40,419 nt of DNA from a virus (Duplodnaviria; Caudoviricetes): positions 1-40,419 of IMG/VR virus record IMGVR_UViG_3300005077_000041; one strand, written 5' to 3'. Below, piece after piece: positions 1 through 8,401 of the stretch (the stretch's first letter is position 1; each line of letters opens with the position of its first letter). Made by a program: the position numbers and the translations under genes. Under the pieces are notes generated by a model that saw only the letters and a program-made list of their open reading frames with translations, did not search any database and was not told the origin of the DNA.

Positions 1-520
1 TTGTCTTTGCAAATCCAGCTATTGCCTTACCAATGCCAGTCTTACCCAACAATTCACCAAACAATTTACTAAATATACCTCCTATCGGTTTTGCCATCTT
101 AATAATAGCACCATCAAATGCTTTCACAAGATATTTTAATGGTGACCATTTCATCAATCCTTTTACAACTGAATTAAGAAACTCACCTTTACCAGTAAAT
201 AAGTAACCAGCAAGACCCCCAACAGTTAATAATCCGCCAAGACCACCTAATAAACCCTTACCAGTTTGTTTGAGCAAATTTTGATTAGTTTTTAGTATAC
301 TCTTTAAAACATGATGACTTTTTGAAAGAAGTGTGTCAGTTTGTGACACACCTTCTTTACTTTTAAAAAAATCACCAGCATTACTAATTGTACCTTGAGT
401 AGGAGTAGTTTTTTTTCTATCACTTTTAATTTCTTTCACGAGATTAACAATGCTTGTGATTAACTTTGTTTGTTCACGAGCATTTTCACGTTCTTGCGCT
501 CCTTTTACATCTACAGGCAT
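1..520 (-). CDS. N-terminal part of a tape-measure-like / baseplate-hub (gp29-position) protein; 3' end lies outside the window
   Basis: Not in the ORF track. ATG at 520 with GAGGA upstream, frame open to base 1: MPVDVKGAQERENAREQTKL...GLLGGLGGLLTVGGLAGYLF...GKAIAGFAKT. Gly/Ala/Leu/Lys-rich amphipathic sequence located directly after tube and gp26/gp51-like genes. Confidence 0.55.
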   Translation of the reverse strand, partial: MPVDVKGAQERENAREQTKLITSIVNLVKEIKSDRKKTTPTQGTISNAGDFFKSKEGVSQTDTLLSKSHHVLKSILKTNQNLLKQTGKGLLGGLGGLLTVGGLAGYLFTGKGEFLNSVVKGLMKWSPLKYLVKAFDGAIIKMAKPIGGIFSKLFGELLGKTGIGKAIAGFAKT

Positions 521-521
521 T

Positions 522-662
522 TTATCCTCGTTTTGTTTGAATTAGTGAATCTAATCCTATCATACCTTTTTGTTTTGCTTGTTCGTTTGTTTCATTTTCT
601 AATTCAAATTTCAACCGTTCATGTTGATAAATGAATTCAAAAAAATCAACCTCATCAAACAT
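522..662 (-). CDS. Small gp51-like / tail-assembly-chaperone 'T' ORF, possibly reached by frameshift from the upstream gene
   Basis: Not in the ORF track. MFDEVDFFEFIYQHERLKFELENETNEQAKQKGMIGLDSLIQTKRG*. The frame stays open upstream (FPAIKLKQILEISFNLGYYFKCSPF) into the 3' end of 706..1542; no clear SD before the ATG at 662. Confidence 0.55.
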   Translation of the reverse strand: MFDEVDFFEFIYQHERLKFELENETNEQAKQKGMIGLDSLIQTKRG

Positions 663-705
663 AAATGGACTACACTTGAAATAGTAACCCAAGTTAAAAC
701 TAATT

Positions 706-1542
706 TCAAGAATTTGCTTCAGCTTTATAGCGGGGAAGAAAAAACTCGTCCCGAAACGTTACCGCCACTGGCGCTGTACCTCCACATTTTTTACATGTAA
801 CATTGAGAATTGGCTTAATACCACATTCAAATTTTTCCATTTCTGTTAAAAGAATAGAATAATGTGTTGTTTTTAAATTGATAAGCCAATTATACTTTTC
901 TAATAAATCTACATCTTTACCATTAATTGTATCAATGTTTACTGCCTGAGCAAGAATTTCATCATCAATTTCAGGAAGAAGTGTTTCAAACGATGTATGA
1001 AATTTAGTTTTTTGTCGTTCATCTCTTACACGTGGAAGCGACCATACAATTTCCGTTCCATCCGGTAAAAGTACCTGAAGAGAATTTTTATTAGCATTTT
1101 CTGGTAGATATTTCACATCTAAATTATTAAGTGAAAATTCATACGATGAATCTTGTTCACATCTTGAACATTTAAATTCTATTGTATAACCAGCTTCATT
1201 ATATGTATTTGCTCTCAACCAAAAAACAATATATAACTTATCTGCCACCAATAAATCATCAACCGCAATTCCTGTTGTTGCACGACGAACAATATCATTA
1301 ATAATATGATCTGCATTAGTTTCATTTAACGTAGAAAGTTTTTTTACTTCAATAACTTTCAATGGTCGTGCTTTAATTACTGTACCGTTTGGATAAAATA
1401 TGCCACGGCTTGGTAACCCCTCAACAACCATCATATTTGGTTCACTTGGTTCAACCGGTTTCTGCATTTTTTGTGTTTCTTGTGTTGTTGCTGTTTTTTC
1501 AACAATTTGCTCTTGTTCTCCACCTACAATTTTTCCTGCCAT
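706..1542 (-). CDS. T4 gp26-like baseplate hub assembly / tail assembly chaperone
   Basis: LPSRG.FYP start, DKLYIVFWLRA, CxxC pairs (CSRC, CKKC) and an FF motif near the C-terminus, as in gp26-like proteins. GGAGG RBS; lies after tail tube genes. Confidence 0.7.
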   Translation of the reverse strand: MAGKIVGGEQEQIVEKTATTQETQKMQKPVEPSEPNMMVVEGLPSRGIFYPNGTVIKARPLKVIEVKKLSTLNETNADHIINDIVRRATTGIAVDDLLVADKLYIVFWLRANTYNEAGYTIEFKCSRCEQDSSYEFSLNNLDVKYLPENANKNSLQVLLPDGTEIVWSLPRVRDERQKTKFHTSFETLLPEIDDEILAQAVNIDTINGKDVDLLEKYNWLINLKTTHYSILLTEMEKFECGIKPILNVTCKKCGGTAPVAVTFRDEFFLPRYKAEANS

Positions 1543-1575
1543 ATTAAACCTCCTTCAGTTCAATAAATAAAATTA

Positions 1576-1986
1576 TTATATTAAAGATTGTAAATACTCA
1601 ACATGTGCTGGCAACACTTTTTTAGGACCAGCTGTTTTTGAATTTCCAAATTTCATCTTCATCTGAATTGTTTTTGCTTTATTTTTAGCAATCATGATTT
1701 TACGTTCCTTTTCTTCTTGTTCTTTTTCTTTTTTCTTCTGTTCTGTTTCTCGAGCTCTCTGTTCCTTTTCACGTTCCTCTTCTCTTTCTTTTTGTTCTCT
1801 TTCCCTTGTTGTCTGTTCTTGTTCTCTTTCTTTTTTATCCTTTTCACGTTCCTCTTCTCTTTCCCTTGCTTCCTTTTCACGTTCCCGTTTTTGTTTAACT
1901 TTATCAGCAATTGATTTTATACTTGATGCTGTATCAGAAACATGACGATCAATAATTCCTTCTTGCATATATTTTTGCCAAGTCAT
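1576..1986 (-). CDS. Highly charged E/R/K helical protein, putative head-internal protein
   Basis: Begins MTWQKYMQEG, followed by a long ER/K-rich low-complexity helix. GGAGG lies upstream at the end of the preceding gene. Confidence 0.6.
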   Translation of the reverse strand: MTWQKYMQEGIIDRHVSDTASSIKSIADKVKQKREREKEAREREEEREKDKKEREQEQTTREREQKEREEEREKEQRARETEQKKKEKEQEEKERKIMIAKNKAKTIQMKMKFGNSKTAGPKKVLPAHVEYLQSLI

Positions 1987-1988
1987 TT

Positions 1989-2696
1989 TTACCCTCCTAA
2001 AGATGTTGCTAAACCTACTAATAAAGCATTAACACCACCAATACCACTTGATGCACGAAACGCATCAATTAATTTAGCTTCTGCTAATGCTTTAATTGGA
2101 AGTATTCGCATCCAATCTGCTGCAAAACCAAGCGTGTATTTAATATTTTCATTTGTCGAATAATCAAAGGTTGTTTCATTAACTTCACTTAAAAAAATAT
2201 TTTTAAACCAATAAATTTGAATTGGAAAACCTGAATCATCTTCTGTTTCAACAATTAAATCAGTAATACGATTTAATTTTTGAGAACGATGAACACCACC
2301 ATTATTTTTATCTATAATTCGTCTATGCATCCAATTGATAAAATATGCAATTGTACCTTGTTCGTCTTCGTCCATTGTAACAGTTATTTTTAACGGTTCT
2401 TTGTCCATTACAGGAAAAGACTTTGTTAATGGACCATAATTTTGTGCCTCTGCATGAAATTTATATTGTGGAATTGTAATATTTGAAACATGCCATTGTT
2501 TAATAACTGGTTGTGGTCCTATTTCTTGAAGCAGTGCATTATATTTTTTAGCAAGATTAGGATTAGATGGATCAATATATGCTCCTGGCGAATCATAAAA
2601 AGTAACTAAAAAACGCCATGGTTTTTGAATTGATTTTAATGCGTCAATTCCACTATAAAAACCAGCCAGCTCAAGTTGATTAATTCCTAATGGCAC
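1989..2696 (-). CDS. Divergent tail-tube-fold protein (gp48/gp54-like tube initiator or cap)
   Basis: Shares the tube pattern (ITIP...FP...ITVTMDEDEQ...F..W...F.NIF....E..FDYS...IKYT..F..D) with the two upstream genes. GTG start with AGGAG. Confidence 0.6.
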   Translation of the reverse strand: MPLGINQLELAGFYSGIDALKSIQKPWRFLVTFYDSPGAYIDPSNPNLAKKYNALLQEIGPQPVIKQWHVSNITIPQYKFHAEAQNYGPLTKSFPVMDKEPLKITVTMDEDEQGTIAYFINWMHRRIIDKNNGGVHRSQKLNRITDLIVETEDDSGFPIQIYWFKNIFLSEVNETTFDYSTNENIKYTLGFAADWMRILPIKALAEAKLIDAFRASSGIGGVNALLVGLATSLGG

Positions 2697-2739
2697 AATA
2701 TTACTCCTTCATGTATTATGTGATATATTTATCTTATTA

Positions 2740-3303
2740 TTAAACAGCACTAATTCTCCATAAATCATAACTAAATGTAACTGTATATTTTACAGATTCA
2801 TTACTTTCATAAGATAGCGACACATCTGTTATAGTTGACGGAAACACATTAATAAAATGTATTTTCTGACTCATTAAACTTCCATCATATTTAAACATGC
2901 GAAGATGCATAGGCACTGCAATTTCTTGTTTTGTAAGATATGTTCCAACGCCAGCCGTACCAAAAATTGAATATGCATCAATATTATGAATAGTTTCCAT
3001 CCACAAATTAAAAAATCGAAACATTTGTTGGTCTTCAGTTTCTTCAAAAGTTGCTTCTACCTGATTTGAAAAAACTTGTCTACCTGGAAAAATTTGTTTT
3101 TGACCTAAAAAATAAGTTTCAGTACTCTCAATTGTACGACCAGGTATATTAATAGATCGACATTGTAATGTTAATTCTTCGTTGATGAATCCGCCTAAAA
3201 TACTCTGAACAAATGATGGTACACGTGGAAAAAAAATTTCCCACAACCAATTACGCTGTATGTCAGAACGTTGTTGACGACCTTCTATTGTAAAATTAGC
3301 CAT
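2740..3303 (-). CDS. Tail tube protein paralogue (gp19/gp54-like)
   Basis: Starts MANFTIEGR like 3450..4007 and shares DIQR.W, PGRT.E..E.YF.G.KQ.FPG, MFKYDGSL and ESVKYTVTFSYDLW. Confidence 0.8.
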   Translation of the reverse strand: MANFTIEGRQQRSDIQRNWLWEIFFPRVPSFVQSILGGFINEELTLQCRSINIPGRTIESTETYFLGQKQIFPGRQVFSNQVEATFEETEDQQMFRFFNLWMETIHNIDAYSIFGTAGVGTYLTKQEIAVPMHLRMFKYDGSLMSQKIHFINVFPSTITDVSLSYESNESVKYTVTFSYDLWRISAV

Positions 3304-3324
3304 AAATATTACTCCTCTTATGAG

Positions 3325-3332
3325 TATTTATA
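3325..3332 (-). promoter_or_regulatory. T4-type late promoter box TATAAATA
   Basis: Exact TATAAATA on the minus strand, about 20 nt upstream of the ATG at 3303. Confidence 0.7.
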
Positions 3333-3384
3333 TTCGAATAAAATAAAACACAAATATGAAAGGAGAGTTAAAAAGAAAGAGGTG

Positions 3385-3412
3385 AAAAGGTTCTATATGT
3401 AGAACCTTTTTT
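3385..3412 (-). terminator. Intrinsic terminator after the major tail tube gene
   Basis: AAAAGGTTCTA-CATA-TAGAACCTTTT inverted repeat followed by a pyrimidine-rich tract on the minus strand. Confidence 0.7.
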
Positions 3413-3449
3413 AATTATCACAAATATTCATGTAGCATGTTTAACTATA

Positions 3450-4007
3450 TTAAGCAATCTTAATTAAAGTCCACAAATCATATTGGAAAGTAACAGAATA
3501 TTTAATTGACTCATTACCAGTATAATCTAATGTTACATCTGCTACAACAGCTGGCCATGCATTAAAAAAGCGAATTGCTTGTGGCAGCAACGATCCATCA
3601 TATTTATACATTTTAAGAAAAATATCAGTTGTCATTCCTTGTCGTTTTGCAGGAGCCTGTGAAGCACCTGCTGGGTCACCATCAGGATCAACTGTAAAAA
3701 TTCGTTCTTTCCAAGCATATAACCACTTTGTAACAAATTGATCTTCAGATTCTTCATATGTTGTTTCAAAAGTATGAGTAAAAGTTTCTTTACCTGGAAA
3801 CCATTGTTTTGTGCCCATGAAATACGATTCTATTGGTTCATTTGTACGTCCTGGAAGAACTGCAGTACGACTATGAATAATTAATGGTTCTTCATCATTA
3901 TAATCGCTTAAAATATTTCCAATATTTGGAATTGAAAGTTCAAACATCCAAGCACGTTGTATATCACCAATTGCTTTTGCTCGTCCCTCAATGGTAAAAT
4001 TTGCCAT
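3450..4007 (-). CDS. gp19: Major tail tube protein (T4 gp19-like)
   Basis: 185 aa with AVLPGRT, FPG.ETF, NAWP..V.DV.LDY and YSVTFQYD motifs. Follows the sheath gene, has AAGGAGG RBS, a late promoter and a terminator. Confidence 0.85.
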   Translation of the reverse strand: MANFTIEGRAKAIGDIQRAWMFELSIPNIGNILSDYNDEEPLIIHSRTAVLPGRTNEPIESYFMGTKQWFPGKETFTHTFETTYEESEDQFVTKWLYAWKERIFTVDPDGDPAGASQAPAKRQGMTTDIFLKMYKYDGSLLPQAIRFFNAWPAVVADVTLDYTGNESIKYSVTFQYDLWTLIKIA

Positions 4008-4028
4008 CTATATCCTCCTTTTAAGTAT

Positions 4029-4653
4029 TTAACAATATTTATATTTTATATGACCACAATCATACACTCTAAATATATTTCGTTGTTTTAAAATTTCTTG
4101 TTCTGACAATTTATTATCAGAACCCTGTTTGACCAGTCTACTTTTACGAAAAGCAAATCTATGCTTTCGTTTATTATTTATAATATAACTGTAGTTTGGT
4201 ATGGTGTATGAATCGAACACAAAACCTAACGTATCATACACAGTCTTGGAGATAGTGGTTGACCACGTTCTATCAGCGTAACTAATAATCGATTGTGGTT
4301 CATATTTTCTTAGAAAATATTTAAATAATTTGTCAGCACCACCAACAACCGTATAACCATTTTTATTACAAAATCTGATCAATTCCCATTGATAATAAGG
4401 ATTATTTCGGGGACGGCCAAACGTCATCACAGCAACTATTTCATTTTCGTTTTGAAGTATTATGACAACATTTTGGGCAGCCGGTTTGTTGTGCTAAGTG
4501 TGCTGTTGGAGTTTGAAGAAATTCACCATGTATTGGACAAATAATTTTAATTTTTGTTTTTGCATTAACATATTGAACTTTTGAATAATCATATTTATTA
4601 TGATGTATTTTTTGAGCTCTTTCAATAATATCTTTAGTAGTCAAGCGTCTCAT
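4029..4653 (-). pseudogene. Decayed Hef-like free-standing endonuclease: DUF723-type Zn domain (4441..4653) plus C-terminal domain (4029..4430) in another frame; nuclease core apparently deleted
   Basis: ORF1 has KYDYSKVQYVNAKTKIKIICPIHGEF...GCPKC. The ORF2 frame reads ENEIVAVMTFGRPR...ELIRFC...VVGGADKL...ISYADR.WS...RVYDCG and overlaps the end of ORF1. No catalytic domain lies between them. Confidence 0.65.
4036..4043 (-). promoter_or_regulatory. Late promoter box TATAAATA for gp19
   Basis: Exact match about 30 nt upstream of the gp19 ATG, embedded in the last codons of ORF 4029..4430. Confidence 0.65.
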
Positions 4654-4737
4654 AACAACCTCCTATAGTTGTTGTCCTAATATAATAATGGGGAAGGTGG
4701 TTAGGATTCCACTTTTCGGGAGCTGCCCTATCCCCAT
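4654..4737 (-). ncRNA. Structured 5' leader (three-way junction plus RBS hairpin) upstream of the endonuclease gene
   Basis: ATGGGGA/TCCCCAT closing stem, GGG-CAGCT-CCC hairpin, GAAAA linker, GTGG-AATCCTAA-CCAC hairpin, then AACAAC/GTTGTT stem around the SD. GC-rich relative to its AT-rich surroundings. Confidence 0.55.
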
Positions 4738-4749
4738 AATATTTTATAA

Positions 4750-6594
4750 TTAACGCACCCTAACTTCGTTGAAAGTAACACCAGTTTTCGTCACAATAGT
4801 TTGTACATCGATAAATTCAACTGTCTTAGGTGGCTGAACATACATGTCAACATTCAATATATTTTGATCAATTACAATTGGTGGGTTGTTTGATTCATCA
4901 CAAACAACCTCATAAGCAATTAAACCTTCTTGAGACTTAACTGTAGCAAAAAAACTATCAATATTACTCCAAACACGCAAACGTGTTTTATCAGTATTGT
5001 TGACATCAAGAACATATGGTTGAAGAAGTTTTTCAACAGTTTTTTCGAGGAAAAGGAGCAAACGACGTACATTGATGCGGTCAAGAGCTGAACTTTTCAT
5101 TTGTGAAGTCTTTTGACCCCACATTACATGACCGGTACCACGAATAATCCGTGATGTGTTAATATTTCGTTCGTATAACAATCCAATTTCAGAAAAAGTC
5201 CAAATTTTATTTTGATCAATTGATGGAATAATACCTCGACTCATACCAGCTGGCGCCATCCATACATTTGAAACATTATCTGTACGAGCCATAATGACAG
5301 CACCAAAAATACACTTTGGTAAAAATACTTTACGATCATTATACTTATCATAATATAAATCCCATCCAGCATATAGTGCATTATAAGAAGGTGCTACATA
5401 ACCATACTCTTCTTTTTGTGTACCATTAAGAATATCATCAACTGTAACGTCATAGCGACAACCAACTTGCGAAACCATAATGCAATCTTTACGAAAACCT
5501 ACAACATCTGAATTAACACCCTGTTTAACAACTGTCGCCCAGTCAGGAACGATGAGAATGCTCACATCGATATTTTCACGATCTTTAAAAAATGACCAAC
5601 CAGCAACTGAACCAAGACCTGTACCTTGAGTAACAACACCACCACTAAGTTCACCTACTACAAGTGAAACTGTACGTGTGATACCACCAGCACTAACAAC
5701 AGTATCTTGACCAGTGATAGTTTTATCAGAAGTGTTATTTACACGAACATAGATGTATTTTGAAACACCATTAATTTGCTCAATGATATTTGTTTGACGA
5801 CCATTATTGTCAATTTGGTTTGTTAATGTTCCAATATAAGATTCAAGTGGAACTTGATTTTCAAACCACCAACGGCGATCAGCTTCAGTTGAATAAGCAT
5901 GCCATGTTTCAGCTGTCTTTTTTTCAAAAACACTGACTTTAATAGCTTTTGGTGCAATTGCTGTTGAATCTGGATTTGTGTCAGATGAAACAAGTGAAAA
6001 ATCGTCATATGCAAATCGCCACTCACACGCTGAAGAATAACTTTCTACCATAATAGCAATATTATTTCCTTCAGTGCCTGGTCCAAGAGCAGCTACCATA
6101 AGCACACCTGGATTAGCAGTAATACTTGTAAATGATTTATTATCAATATCTGCAATCGATGTTGCAGTATCAAGTTGTGTTGGAGTTATATCAGCAGTAA
6201 TTGTTTCTGCAGTTACTGATCCACCAGATGTTTGAAATACAACATTAGCAAAAGAGTCTCCGTCATTTGCTACACGCAAAACATAAAGATCATCAGACTC
6301 TTTAAGAAACTCAAGTGAAGCATAAGCACCATAACCATATTCTGGAATAGTTTCTTGTTTTGCAGCATCAGTACTAATACCAGCAATTGTTGTTTCATCA
6401 GTACCGCTTGTAAAAACTGGTTCACCAAATGTTTCAATAAAACTTTTATCGTCAGTCACTCTTTTTAGTCTATTAATAGGACCTTTTGGAGCTCGAATAA
6501 CAATTCCGCCCGTTGATGTACCAGCTGGAACAGCAATTTCTGAGATATCAATTTCTCGCATGTATACACCTGGTGTTTTGTATACTTTTGGCAT
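4750..6594 (-). CDS. gp18: Contractile tail sheath protein (T4 gp18-like)
   Basis: TPGVYMREID N-terminus, KGPIN, FG.P, WMAPAGMSRG, WGQKT, SALDRINVRRLLLFLEK, VVCDESNN. Confidence 0.97.
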   Translation of the reverse strand: MPKVYKTPGVYMREIDISEIAVPAGTSTGGIVIRAPKGPINRLKRVTDDKSFIETFGEPVFTSGTDETTIAGISTDAAKQETIPEYGYGAYASLEFLKESDDLYVLRVANDGDSFANVVFQTSGGSVTAETITADITPTQLDTATSIADIDNKSFTSITANPGVLMVAALGPGTEGNNIAIMVESYSSACEWRFAYDDFSLVSSDTNPDSTAIAPKAIKVSVFEKKTAETWHAYSTEADRRWWFENQVPLESYIGTLTNQIDNNGRQTNIIEQINGVSKYIYVRVNNTSDKTITGQDTVVSAGGITRTVSLVVGELSGGVVTQGTGLGSVAGWSFFKDRENIDVSILIVPDWATVVKQGVNSDVVGFRKDCIMVSQVGCRYDVTVDDILNGTQKEEYGYVAPSYNALYAGWDLYYDKYNDRKVFLPKCIFGAVIMARTDNVSNVWMAPAGMSRGIIPSIDQNKIWTFSEIGLLYERNINTSRIIRGTGHVMWGQKTSQMKSSALDRINVRRLLLFLEKTVEKLLQPYVLDVNNTDKTRLRVWSNIDSFFATVKSQEGLIAYEVVCDESNNPPIVIDQNILNVDMYVQPPKTVEFIDVQTIVTKTGVTFNEVRVR

Positions 6595-6633
6595 CCTAAC
6601 CTCCTATAGATGATATTCTTCTATTATCATCAT

Positions 6634-6641
6634 TATTTATA
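6634..6641 (-). promoter_or_regulatory. Late promoter box TATAAATA for gp18
   Basis: Exact match 40 nt upstream of the sheath ATG. Confidence 0.7.
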
Positions 6642-6675
6642 TTTTTAGCACATTTATATCTGAGGTCAGTAGATT

Positions 6676-7272
6676 TTAAATTCCATCTACAAACCTTCTA
6701 AAATAACCTGCTTGACCATTCAATGGTAAAATTTCTCTTTGCCCTGTTTTTGAACAAAAAGTTAATTCTGTGACCCATAATTCACGACCAGTTAAACTAA
6801 ATTTATCAAATTCAAAAGGATATTGTTCTTTCGCCCCTTTTTGTAGGTAGGCAATAGTACAATGCGGTTTATACTTTAAATATTTATTTGTATAATCTAA
6901 TTCTTGTCTCATTAAATTATTTATTTTATACAAATATGGTGATTCAATATCAATTTTCATCACATCATAGTCTGTTTGTTCAAAATAATTTATACTACCA
7001 AAACAAAGATTAAATGGTCGTAAACGATATTTTTCAATTACATTTATTATTTGTTCTGCAGTGAGTACATGAATACCATACAGTACAGTACAATGAATTT
7101 CATTTTCAATTCCATAACCTTTTTCATTCAACGGTTCATATAACATTGATTTTGGAATTGTTCGTGAATAATCCATTACATCTTTAGCAATATATAGTGG
7201 TATATCAACTTGCAAAGATGAATAAGAATAAGTTACTCCTAATTTTTCACACATGTTAATAAATTTACCCAT
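6676..7272 (-). CDS. 2H phosphoesterase, Acb1 / T4 gp57B-like (candidate anti-CBASS nuclease)
   Basis: Two HxT motifs (IHCTVLYG and YKPHCTIAY) with the intervening IDIESPYL...DY segment typical of this family. Start reassigned to ATG 7272 (MGKFINMCE), which has AAGGA upstream and avoids the overlap with terminase. Confidence 0.75.
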   Translation of the reverse strand: MGKFINMCEKLGVTYSYSSLQVDIPLYIAKDVMDYSRTIPKSMLYEPLNEKGYGIENEIHCTVLYGIHVLTAEQIINVIEKYRLRPFNLCFGSINYFEQTDYDVMKIDIESPYLYKINNLMRQELDYTNKYLKYKPHCTIAYLQKGAKEQYPFEFDKFSLTGRELWVTELTFCSKTGQREILPLNGQAGYFRRFVDGI

Positions 7273-7273
7273 A

Positions 7274-8401
7274 TTAATATCCTTCGCCTCTCCAAAACAA
7301 TGGATCATTGTTTTCTTCTTCTTCATTTACAATTGCTGCAGGCAATGATTCCATTTCTTCATTAGTAAGTTTAAATTTGTCTTCAATTTGTAATTTTTTC
7401 ACTGTTCGCTTTCCTGTATAATTTGAAGTTCTTGGATACCAAAGACCCCAATTTAATGATGTTACAGTATCATCATGACCATCTTTTGTCTCACAAGCAA
7501 ACACATTAAGTTTATGCTCAATAAAACGACTAAGCTCATATACGGTAGTTTGATCGTGAATTTTACACCAACCTTCTTCTATATATCTTTTAGTATTTAG
7601 GTTTGCTGCCAGCTTTGATTTTTTATTAGCATTAACACCCAATCCCTTTTTTTCACAATTAACTACACGATCACATTCATATTCATACCAAATTGTATTA
7701 AGTAATCCTTCACCACAACCATTATTTTCAATCATCATTTCTGCTTTATTAAAAAAATCAGATACAGAGATACAAACTTGTGCAAAAACATGTGTATCAA
7801 CTTCGTTATTTCTATAAATAGCTACTTGCTCAATATTTTTTTCACTGAAAATACGAAGTATTTGTATAACTGAGTAATCTCGACGAGTGCCTTTTCCAGG
7901 ATCAATACCAAGTATATATTCTGCACCAGCTTCTGGAGGAAAAAATATTTGCAATGAACCATTCCATTTTAACATTTTTGGAGACATTACATCAATACGT
8001 TCAAGAACATCAGGATCAATAAGTGTATTAGAACTACCAAGAAAACGGCAATTGTGGTTCACAATTTCATTTGCTATATATGTATGTTTCAAATTGTGAA
8101 TCTCAAGTATATCATATACCGTGGATTTGGGCTTTAAACCAATACCCAAAACTTTTTGTAGACCACTTTTTGTTTCAATTTCCATACCTTCAACTAATTC
8201 TTTAGCAAAAATAGTTTCATCTTCAAAAACAAACTCATGTTCAGGAGAGACAAAAATATCATCGTTCTCCAAAATAATGTGTAAAATAGGTTGTGGATTG
8301 TCAATCTTTGCTACACCATCAAAGTCAACAAAACCTTGAGGAGTTTCAATCTTGAAACGACCGTTGTTTTTAACTACTGAAAATTCATCACTTGCTATCA
8401 T
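7274..8401 (-). CDS. gp17: Large terminase C-terminal fragment: split-intein IntC plus RNase H-like nuclease domain
   Basis: After ...IANEIVNHN the sequence reads CRFLGSSNTLI, then YILGIDPGKG..RDYS, IENNG.G and GHDDTVTSL, which are gp17 nuclease motifs. Confidence 0.93.
   Translation of the reverse strand: MIASDEFSVVKNNGRFKIETPQGFVDFDGVAKIDNPQPILHIILENDDIFVSPEHEFVFEDETIFAKELVEGMEIETKSGLQKVLGIGLKPKSTVYDILEIHNLKHTYIANEIVNHNCRFLGSSNTLIDPDVLERIDVMSPKMLKWNGSLQIFFPPEAGAEYILGIDPGKGTRRDYSVIQILRIFSEKNIEQVAIYRNNEVDTHVFAQVCISVSDFFNKAEMMIENNGCGEGLLNTIWYEYECDRVVNCEKKGLGVNANKKSKLAANLNTKRYIEEGWCKIHDQTTVYELSRFIEHKLNVFACETKDGHDDTVTSLNWGLWYPRTSNYTGKRTVKKLQIEDKFKLTNEEMESLPAAIVNEEEENNDPLFWRGEGY
8051..8401 (-). 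mobile_element. IntC half (117 aa) of an atypically split intein
   Basis: KIETPQGFVDFDGV, block B VSPEHEF, block F VYDILE, block G NEIVNHN followed by Cys+1. Confidence 0.92.

Noticed and set aside
1692-2163. Overlapping short ORFs on both strands (1692..1910, 1694..1945, 1717..1914, 1942..2163)
   Set aside because: Shadow frames of the purine-rich E/R/K coding sequence; low complexity and no RBS.
3356-3466. 36-codon plus-strand ORF (MKGELKERGEKV...) in the gp19 terminator region
   Set aside because: No SD upstream; explained by the terminator and its pyrimidine tail on the minus strand.
4688-4737. Hammerhead ribozyme or tRNA reading of the three-way-junction leaders (also 23476-23533)
   Set aside because: GAAA is present but the CUGANGA core is not; no T-loop GTTC, cloverleaf or CCA end.
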